Source: Scyliorhinus canicula
Taxonomy: Eukaryota
NCBI RefSeq assembly: GCF_902713615.1
Contig: NC_052154.1
Coordinates: 146,827,875 to 146,891,874, forward strand
Length of the DNA stretch: 64,000 nt
Direction: 5' to 3'
The stretch's first letter is position 1. The number at the start of each line of letters is the position of its first letter. Shown here piece by piece: positions 13,466 through 23,423 of the stretch. The position numbers and the translations under genes were made by a program. The notes beneath the pieces were generated by a model, which worked only from the letters and a program-made list of their open reading frames with translations, did not search any database and was not told the DNA's origin.

Positions 13466-13526
13466 TAACTGGCTAATTCTAACTCACTAATTCTAACTAA
13501 CTAATCCTAACTAACTAACTAACTAA
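13466..13526. repeat. Degenerate (CTAA)n microsatellite
   Basis: ctaactaactaactaactaa with interrupted units upstream. Confidence 0.8.
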
Positions 13527-15304
13527 ATTATCGCTTGCAGAATCGGTGCTTTTGCACTGGGGTGCATAGCTTCTGAGGTGACTTAAGAACACATGAGCAG
13601 ACATGGGCCACCTGCCCCTCCAGCCTGAATTTTTTGGAAGTGTTTCTGATTTTGTTCCCGAACGGCCTGGCTCCTTTTTAAGGATTATGCTCAAAATTCT
13701 TGTCCTAAATTTTCATATATTGTTTAAGATCAAAAAAATAGGATTGGGGATATCCAAATGAGACAATGAGTAGATTCTGTCTGAGTGAATAGTTTTGATT
13801 TGAATTTGTTCTCCAGGTGAGAGGTTAGTATTTATTTCTTTACTGTCCATCACTGGTTACCCAAAAGGCAGTAAGAGTAAACCAAGGGATTGTCTGGGAT
13901 TATGTAGGATAGACCTAGCAGTGCAGTAGTTCCCTTCACTGAAGAATATTAGAGCCCCAATTTTCTTCTTTTGAAAACATGGGAACTGGTATGGTAATCT
14001 TTTTCTGGTGCCAGTCCACAAACCAACACATATATTGAAATTGTTTTCACAACTTGCCACGGTGGGATTTGAACTAACAACCATTCGATTGCTAGGTGAC
14101 CATACCAATTAAATAGAGATGGGAAAGCCATGAGAGGAAATGGAGAGTGAGGTGGGTACGGGGATTGTATGAGATCATAGAGATAGAAAGTATCTTTGTT
14201 GTAAGATTCTATGATTCTATAATTACTTTTCATAGTTATGGGTCAGAGCATGTTAGGAGTATAGATATGCTGCCACAGAAATTTGCGTCTGTTTAACACC
14301 TTTAACATGGTACAATACCACAGGTTGCTTCACAACAGCATTATCAAACATAATGTAACACCAAACTACTTAATGAAAATCGCTTATTGTCACAAGTAGG
14401 CTTCAATGAAGTTACTGTGAAAAGCCCCTAGTCGCCACATTCCGGCGCCTGTTCGGGGGAGGCTGTTACAGGAATCAAACCGTGCTGATGGCCTGCCTTG
14501 GTCTACTTTCAAAGCCAGCGATTTAGCCCAGTGTGCTAAACAGCCGTATGAGGTATTAGACAAGTGAGCAAAAGCTTGTCACAGAGATTTTAAAGTGTGT
14601 CTTAAAGGAAGAGATAGTTGGAGAGAAGAAGAGGGGTTTAGAGAGGGAATTTCAGAGTTTTGGGCCAGGGCACCTGAAGTCACAGCTGCTAGTGATGTAA
14701 ATAAGAAAGTCATGAAAATTCAGTGGTCAGAATTGAAAGAATGCCGAGTTTTCAGAGGGTTAAAGGGGTGGAGAGGTTACAAAGATAGTAATATGTGAGG
14801 TATTGGAGGAATTTGAGTTAGGGCATGGGTAGCAGAATTTTGGATGAGCTAATATTTATGGCGATACAAGGTGTCAAGCCTGCCAGGGATACATTGGAAT
14901 CGGCATATTTGGAGGTAACAAAGGCATAGTTCAGGCATTCCGCAGCCGAGTGGGCAGCCTGGGTGATGGAATGGATACGTGTGGGGAAACTCAGCTGAGA
15001 TCGATGGGGATGTGCGGTTTCTCTTCAAAAAGAGGTGGATGGGTTCTTTAGGATGCAGGACAACATGCAGTTGTATAAAATAGGTGGGAAAGTAACAGTA
15101 ATTGTTGATAGAAGTTGCATTAATCTCCTCCAACTCACTTGATTACCTAGTGTCAGAAAAAACAAATCAGACCTGTTTTCCTTCATTGACCTAAAGGTTT
15201 CTTCAATAGAAAACGTAAGACAAAGGAAGAGGCCATTTAGCCAATTTGTTTATGCGCCCCAGGATCCTCTCCCAGTTTCCCACATCTGACCCTGTCAGCA
15301 TGTC

Positions 15305-16222
15305 AAAGAACAAAGAACAGTACAGCATAGGAACAAGCCCTTGCCCCTCCAGCCTGCGTCGATCATAATGCCTGTTTCAACTAAAAACTTCTGCACTTCC
15401 GGCATCTATATCTCTCTATTCCCATCCTACTCATGTATCCATCAAGATGCTTCTTATTGCATCTACTTCCACCACCTCGCCCAGCAACACATTCCAGGCA
15501 CTCACCACCCTCTGTGTAAAAGTCTTCTCTCACACATCTCCTCTAAACTTTCCCCCTTGCACCTTAAACCAATGTCCCATGTTAATAGTCTTTTCCATCG
15601 TGAGAAAAAGCATCCGACTATCCACTCTGTCATGCCACTCATAATTTTGTAAACCTCTTCAGGTCGTCCCTCAACATCTGTCATTCCAGTATAAACAATC
15701 CATGTTTATCCAACCTCTCCTCATAGCTAATACCCTCCAGACCAGGCAACATCCTGGTAACTTCTTCTGCACCCTCTCCAAAGCCTCCACATCCTTCTGG
15801 TAGTGTGGCGAACAGAATTGCACGCAATATTCCAAATGCGGCTGTACCAAGGTTCTGTACAGCTGCAGCAAGACTTGCCAATTTTTATACTCAATGCCCC
15901 AACCACTGAAAGCAAGCGTGCCATCTGTCTTCTTGACTACCTTATCCACCTGTGTTGCCACTTTCAGTGATCTGTGGACCTATACACCTAAATCTCTCTG
16001 CTTGTCAATAGTCCTGGGTTTTGCCATTTACTGTATAATTCCAATCAGTAGTTTGACCTTCAAAAATGCATTATCGTGCATTTGTCCAGATTAAACTCCA
16101 TCTGTCATTTCTCCTCCCAGGTGTCCCGTCAATCTACATCCTGCCATATCCTCTGACAATCCTCTTCACTGTCCGCAGCTCCACCAATCTTTGTGCCATC
16201 CACAAACTTACTAATCAGACCT
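15305..16222 (-). mobile_element. CR1-clade LINE 3' fragment
   Basis: LYRTLVQPHLEYCVQF.SPHY.KD..ALERVQ, plus a (gttct/ttgttc)n-type tail at about 15305-15325. Confidence 0.9.
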
Positions 16223-16272
16223 GATGCTGCTTATCGCGAATAAGTCCATTTGTTTCCAAATGTGAGTTAATC

Positions 16273-16704
16273 CTTTTTATGAAAATGTTTTTATTAGGGT
16301 TTTTCTTTTTATGCAAAACAAAGATGAAAGTGAACATGCACGGGAACTACATACATCGGTTACAATTCACATTTTTACAATTGCCGGCGCCGGAATATGG
16401 CGACTAGGGGCTTTTCACAGTAATTTTATTTGAAGCCTACTTCTGACAATAAGCGATTTTACTTTTTCTTTTTTTCTTTTTCTTTGACTTGGCCTCCTAA
16501 TCCCAACTCCCCCTCCCCTTTGTGCAATCTGGTGTGTCTTCTTTGTTCGTTGGTTCATCAAACCTGAACCTATTAGGGGTAACATAGTGCTACGTATGTT
16601 GCTTCACGTTAGGTTGTTCCTAAACGTTTCGTTCCCCCCCCCCCCCCCCCACATGGGTATGGTTGGATTTTGCGTCCTTTTATTCCCTCCCTCCCTCCTT
16701 CTCT

Positions 16705-16739
<35 letters not shown>

Positions 16740-17380
16740 TTTCCATATGTGTCCATAGTTCTTCTGTGGATTCCCCCCTGCCCCTGGCATTTGGGCTGCT
16801 GGCTATAAACAGATCTTGGAACAGGTTGGTGAATGGCCTCCATGTCTTGTGGAATTCCTCTTCCGACCCCTGGATTGTGAATTTGATTTTTCTCCATTTT
16901 GAGAAGTTCTGACAGGTCAGAATGCCAGCCTGCAGCTTTGGGAGGTGCTGCCAATCGCCAGCCGAGCAGGATTCTCCGGCAGGCGATTTTGGATGCAAAG
17001 ACTAGGGCGTCGGCCCTCCTCCCCATAAAGAATTCTGGCTGTTATGATGCCCCAAAGACTGCCACTTTCAGGCATGGCTCCACCCTCATCCCCACAACCT
17101 TGGATATCACCTGAAAAAAGGCTTTCCAGAACCCGAGAAGTCTGGGGCATGAGCAGAACATGTGGGCATGGTTGACCGGGCCTCCCTGGCACCACATTTG
17201 TCCTCCATCTCAAGGAAAACCTCCTAATTCGGGTTCTGTTTAAGTATGCTCTGTATACCACTTTCAGCTGCCTTGCGCAAGTGGAGGTGGAGTTGACCCT
17301 GTGCAGTGCTTCGCTCCAGAGTCCTCATCCAATTTCAAACCCTAGGTCTTCTTCCCATTTTTCTCTTGTCTCATCCATTG
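16273..17380 (-). mobile_element. L1-clade LINE 3' end
   Basis: IQLKVVYRAYL, HMFCSCP.L..FW, RRILLGW, LLKMEKIKF, FHKTWRPF. T-rich tail at about 16275. Confidence 0.82.
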
Positions 17381-18598
17381 GCGAGCGTGCTTTTCCCAGT
17401 AGTCGCCCATACAGGTCTCCGCAGTTTCCCCCTGATGTTCAGTTATGTGCCTGGGAGACCTCGCCATGGCATCGTTTCGCACTGGTCTCCCAAGCCATTT
17501 GAGACCCCTGGGTAGTCGGGCTCTGGACAGGGTGATACTCTCACACTCCCGCTGACACCTGTGCACCTTTGCCCTGCCAATCAGCACCTTAGCAGCGCAG
17601 CAGGGCAACCTGGCAGTGCTACACTGGCACTTTCAAGTGCCCAGGTTGCACTGCTAGGCTGGCAGGGGCACTGCCAGGGTGCCATGCTAGAAGTGCCAAG
17701 GTTCTTGGGTGCCAGGGATCAGGCGCAGGTGTGCCTTGCCCTTAGAGGTGGGCTGAGTGGGGGTGGGTGGGGGTGGGGGGGGGGGGGGGGGGGCCTCAAG
17801 GACCCTGTAAGAGGTAAGTTGGGTGCAGTGGAGGGGGCGGCTCCGGAGGCCATAGTGGGGTGGCTGAGGGGGGGTCAAAAGATCGGCACAACATTTAAAA
17901 ATGGCATCCCTCTCCACGAATACTCTTCGAGCTGAGCTCCTCAGTGCAGGAAATGACGTAAGTGCAGCCTCAGTGGGGCATTATGTCGTAATGCGATTAA
18001 ATAGCGGTGTCTTTCTGGGTGCTGCAGGCCCCGCTAAACGTGCCCAAAATGGGACTATGTTTCTGTCCCGTTAAATCACACCAATCATCTATTCATATTG
18101 GGCCAGGTGGTTCCTTCAGACAATCCCCCACCCCCTCCGCAAAGGAGGCATTGAGGTGGGATGATTGTGGCAAACAATGCCAGCAGTACAGCCTCAAAGA
18201 TCTGGATGCAGCGCTGCAAGATGTTCAGTGATCTCGTATGAGTGCCAAATCCTGACAACTGCCCCATTGCTCAATGCACCACATCCTCATTATTCACCTG
18301 CCAAAATCTCTATTGATCACAAATTGAAGCTCACATTCATCGGTCCAACCTTACCTTCACGCACTCATCACGATTACAAGGCTCACTCCAACATTCCATA
18401 GCTTGTAAATGTTTGCCAACTATTCAACCATGCCCACCCGATCACTCAAATGTATCATACCAGACACATTGGCATACTTCCCGCTCTCTTGCGGAATGAG
18501 GTGGGGCATAATTGTAGGCAGCAGGAGTTAACTGGCGGCAGAAGTGTGCACATAGTGCAGATGTCATTTTGGATTGAAAACCACCTCAATATCATTGT

Positions 18599-20235
18599 CA
18601 TGATGTGGAAATGCCGGCGTTGGACTGGGGTGAGCACAGTAAGAAGTCTTAAAACACCAGGTTAAAATCCAACAGGTTTGTTTCAAGTCACTAGCTTTCG
18701 GAGCACTGCTCCCTCCTCAGGTGAATGAAGAGGTAGATTCCAGAAACATGTATATAGACAAAGTCAAATTTGCAAGACGATACTTTGAATGCGAGCCTTT
18801 GCAGGTAATGAAGTTGTCACAGATCCAGAGATAGGGGTAACCCCAGGCTAAAGAGGTGTGAATTGTCTCAAGCCAGGACAGTTGGTAGGATTTCGCAAGC
18901 CCAGGCCAAATGATGGGGGATGAATATAATGCGACATGAATCCAAGGTCTCGGTTGAGGCCGTACTCATGTGTGCGGAACTTGGCTATAAGTTTCTGCTG
19001 CGCGATTCTGTGTTGTCGTGCGTCCTGAAGACTGCCTGGGAGAACGCATACCCGGAGATCAGAGGCTGAATGCCCTTGATTGCTGAAGTGTTCCCCAACT
19101 GGAAGGGAACATTCCTGCCTGGCGATTGTCGCGCGATGTCTGTTCATCCGTTGTCGCAGCGTCTGCATGGTCTCGCCAGTGTACCACGCTTCGGTACATC
19201 CTTTCCTGCAGCGTATGAGGGAGACAGCATTGGCCGAGTCGCACGAGTATGTACCGCGTACCTGGTGGGTGGTGTTCTCATGTGTAATGGTGGTACCCAT
19301 GTCGATAATCTGGCATGTCTTGCAGAGATTGCCATGGCAGGGTTGTGTGGTGTTCTGGTTGCTGTTCTGAAGGCTGCGTAGTTTGCTGCAAACAATGGTT
19401 TCTTTGAGGTTGCGCGGTTGTTTGAAGGCAGGTAGTGGGGGTGTGGGGATGACCTTGGCAAGATGTTCATCTTCATCGATGATGTGTTGAAGGCTGCAAA
19501 GAAGATGTCGTAGTTTCTCCGCTCCGGGGAAGTACTGGCGCGTTGGAACTGTCAATCGATGAGTCGAGCGCCATATCCCGTTCGTACGAGGGCATCTTTC
19601 AGCGTCTGTAGATGTCTGTTACGCTCCTCGTCTGAGGAGGTCCTGTGTATACAGAGGGCTTGTCCATTAAGGATGGCTTGTATAATGTGTTTAGGGTGGA
19701 AGCTGGAGAAGTGGAGCATCGTGAGGTTATCTCTGGGCTTGCGGTAAAGCGAAGTGCTGAGGTGACCGTCCTTGATGGAGAGTGTGCCCAAGAATGCAAC
19801 GGATTTTGGAGAGTAGTCCATGGTGAGTCTGGTGGTGGGATGGAACTTATTGATGTCATCGTGTAGTCGTTTCAGTGATTCTTCGCCATGGGTCCAAAGG
19901 AAAAACATTTCATCAATGTATCTGGTGTATAACATCGGTTGAAGGTCCTGTGCGGTGAGGAGGTCTTGTTCAAACTTGTGCATGAAGATGTTGGCACATT
20001 GAGGTGCGAATTTGGTCCCCATGGCTGCTCCGTGTGTCTGGATGAAGAACTTGTTGTCGAAGGTGAAGACATTATGATCCAGAATGAAGCAGATGAGTTG
20101 CAGAATTGCGTCTGGAGATTGGCAGTTGTCAGTGTTGAGTACTGAGGCTGTTGCAGCAATGCAGTCGTCATCGGGGATGCTGGTGTAGAGGTGCCGAGAT
20201 GTCCGTTGTGACGAGGAACGTTCCTGGTTCAACTA
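18599..20235 (-). mobile_element. 5'-truncated Penelope-like retroelement (RT plus C-terminal GIY-YIG endonuclease; Cys-rich linker suggests Neptune-like)
   Basis: RT motifs FLVTTDISALYTSIP, QTHGAAMGTKFAP, RYIDE and LYRKP. Linker PCHGNLCKTC. GIY-YIG region LIRC..GC..WYTGET..LRQR..HR...GEHF...GLN. Probable internal deletion near 19540. Confidence 0.93.
18688..18724 (-). ncRNA. Minimal type I hammerhead ribozyme motif in the Penelope 3' end
   Basis: The minus strand reads UCAC-CUGAGGA-G-GGAGC-AGU-GCUCC-GAAA-GCUA-GUGA. This gives stem I UCAC/GUGA, an intact CUGANGA and GAAA core, a 5-bp stem II and palindromic AGCU in place of stem III. Confidence 0.85.
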
Positions 20236-21345
20236 GGCCATGGGTGCCTGAGTTTCTGTAAGAAATATCATTGTGAAACCATGCTTTAACCCCAAAAGTA
20301 TTTTGGAATTTGCTGGCTTGAAAACCCTACCGATTGTTTTTAAAAAGACCAAAGTCACAATCCAGTACCTTGGGACCTCAGTAAAAGATGGCTGAAAATT
20401 TGCATCACTGTACCTTCTATATTCCAAGACTGTTGAAATGGAGACAACCTGTCAGAAAAACTGTATCAGGAACAACTGGCTTGAAAGAGGTGAAAAGGGG
20501 GTGGTCACTTATTTCATTAGCTAAACATTCAGACAATCACCTGGGTACTGAACTGGGTGGAGACACACCATTAGAAATAATCACATGGACAATGAGACCC
20601 TGGTTTAGAGAGGAACTAACAGCCATGATCTAGTCAAGTTACACTAGCCAGGAACATACTTGGGTAACTGGGCAGCTGGAGAGAGAAGGTTGTGTGACAA
20701 GCGACTCCTTTGTGTATTGTAAGCACCTACTTTCTCTGCAGAACAGGACAAACAATTGAGACATTGAAGGAACAAGATCTTGCATGGATTCCTTCCCTGT
20801 TCCCTGTCTCTATCCAACTGACAAGATTTGGACCCTGCCTGTTGATTTTGACTACCCAAGTACCATAGACAGAGATTAGAAAAACTGTTCAACCCAATGT
20901 TGTCGCCCGCAGAAGAACAGATAAATTGTCCATCTATCTCTCTACACTATCCTAATGCCAAAAGCAGCAGAACCTCTAAATTCAATGTGAAGCCCACCAA
21001 GTCATCAACCTTCAAGAACATTACACCCGCTTATATTACTGTATTCTAAATTACTTAACCTATCCTTCCCACTCTGCAACCTATTTGTGCATGTGTGAAC
21101 TTTGAGTGTGTGCGTATCAAAATTGGAGCCTTTTAAAATTAATTTTACTTCGACGAGGTAGAGTATAATAAAAACACATCTCCTTGCTTTTTAAAGCCTG
21201 AAGAAGACCTGTATGATTGTGCCTTTTATGGTTGCAGCACATAAAGAGTTAACCACTCACAGAATATTTTTTTAAAGCTGCTGCGGTTAAGCAAGGAGAG
21301 GAAAAAGAGGGGCACAATTTCTCCTCTCCTCACCTGATCATGACA
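20236..21345 (+). mobile_element. Possible long LTR remnant, left end not identified
   Basis: Ends ctcctcacctgatcatgaca (LTR-like ...GACA) with AATAAA near 21167. No TSD found. Confidence 0.4.
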
Positions 21346-22105
21346 CAATAATTAAAAATACGGGTGCTACAGACTACGTTTTTCAGCCCAAATCCATACT
21401 ACTTCCTGCATAGGCCTGTCTGCAGCCTGAAAGCTTGTAATTACGTCCAGTGGAGCGTGGGGTTGCGATCAAGGAAGAAGCTTCTGAGTGCATTCAATCC
21501 ATTACAGAGGCAACAATCAGCTCTTTCTCATGTGCTTTTGTACAGCACGTAATTCATTCATTAACGTTTTCGCCCTGAGTGAAAACAATATCCCCCTCGC
21601 AATCAAGTTCAGTAATTTAAAGCTACAGAACAGAGAGTAACAGCACATTACTAGCTAAAACACGAGCTAAAACAAGTGGCTACTTTCTAGAGAGGCATAT
21701 TCTGGGCCACAACTTAAGTATTTAATTAATTACAGGTTAGGAATATGCTTACCTTTGAGATACAAGAAGCCTGCTGCTCATTGAGTCATTTAACCCAATG
21801 GTCTTTTTCCGCTAGCATTCATTAAAACAAAGTAGACTGGAGGGAAACAACACCAAATGTTCCTTATCATTGTAAAGTGTATTGTGGTAGATTCCTTGCT
21901 GTTTGAGTATGTCCAAATTGTAAATTATTTCCTTTTTCCTTCTGTGGGCCGTCTCATGGCTGAAGAGTCTGATGCGAGTTCAGCATGGATGTCCACAGAA
22001 CGGGCAGTTCGTATTGTAGTTGTTGGTGCCTGGCTGAAACTCTGCAGCTGTGACATGTCTGGCCTTTCTTTGGGCACGTTGAATGTTATGAATATAGCAT
22101 CGATA

Positions 22106-22460
22106 GGGCAGCATGGTGACACAGTGGTTAGCACTGCTGCCTCACAGCACCAGGGGTTCAGGTTCAATTTTGGCTTTGGGTAACTCTCTGTATGGAGTTT
22201 GCACATTCTGCCCGTGGCTGCGTGGGTTTCCTCCAGCAGCTCCGGTTTCCTCTCACAGCCCAAAGATGTGCAGGTTAGGTGGATTTGCCTTGCTAAATTG
22301 TGCCTTAGTGTCCAAAGATGTGTAGGTTAGGTGGCGTTACGGCGTTACAGGGATAGGGTGGGGGCGTGGGCCTCAGTCGGGTGCTCTTTCGGAGGGTCGG
22401 TGCAGACTTGATGGATAAATGGCCTCCTTCTCAACTTTAGGAATTCTAAGGACTCTATGG
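22106..22460 (+). mobile_element. V-SINE, older copy
   Basis: gggcagcatggtgacacagtggttagcactgctgcctcacag head, V-domain and tail. Confidence 0.85.
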
Positions 22461-23090
22461 TCTTTGAAACTTGCTGAACCAAATTTCAGTGCGTGTCTCC
22501 ACATGGGGTGGCTGGCTGCAGAGGTTTGTAAGGCTTATTTTTTGGTGTCAGTTTTCATTTGTACTGATCACTTTGATGTAATTTGCCCTGAGGTAGTCCT
22601 CACAGATCTGTTTGGGAATTCTGTTAAATATACATATTCAAACATCAGTGAATCTAGCAAAATGGAAAGGCTGAGTGAAGAAACCATTTCTGCAGGTTTT
22701 AGGATAACCATTTGGAATTGTGCAAAGAAGTGACTGAAACCAATGAATGATTTTCATGGAACAATAGACGGTTTTGAGAAATAAGATCCCTAAAATACTG
22801 ACAAAATCCTGGAAAGTGTCCAAATTTCGAGTGATGAAAATTGGACACGACTCATCCAATCAAATTAACCAGTTGTCCCAGTGACAAATGAAGCCCAATT
22901 CCTAAAATGCTGGATATAAAAAAAACAGAACACCCGCAAAGTGAACACGGAATTAATTGATTATATGCTGAGACTGGGTTTCCCACATCCCAGTGTACGT
23001 TTTCGGGCTGAGCCCACTTCAGACTATTTTAATTGAACCAAATAAACTAAATTAAACAAACTGAAGGACAAATAAAAGGGATTCTGCCCT

Positions 23091-23390
23091 TGTGGTGAAT
23101 GTAATATATAGATGTATATATGTAAATTCACACTGTCGTTGTAAGCGCAGTAGCGCCATCCTATCACTAGGGGGAGTAGCACTGGGAGCACTCAGGAACT
23201 TGTACTGGGCTCCACCCTTGGCTCCGCCCATGACTCCTCCCCCCAGTGTAGCTGTATAAATACCCTTGTCCAGAGTCAGCCTGAGTTCACTTTGAGTTCA
23301 TCAACGGGTAACAGGCTGGCTCTGAAGTAAGTCGATTAAAGCCTAGATTCATATCGGAAACACGTGTCTGGTGAATTGATGGTTCCATCA
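23091..23390 (+). repeat. 5' LTR
   Basis: tgtggtgaat...ggttccatca. TATAAA at 23255-23260, ATTAAA at 23335-23340. I count about 11 differences from the 3' LTR by eye. Confidence 0.97.
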
Positions 23391-23423
23391 ATTTAATCGA
23401 CTTAAGAACAGCAAAGATTGATT

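Noticed and set aside
20207-20215. TGTGACG as the left end of an LTR ending at 21345
   Set aside because: These bases are Penelope RT coding sequence on the minus strand (EPGTFLVTTD), which continues to about 20235.
22606-22696. Possible extra DCDC1 exon (DLFGNSVKYTYSNISESSKMERLSEETISA)
   Set aside because: Weak donor (gtttta). Exons C and D already join in phase and match the recalled DCDC1 sequence without a gap.
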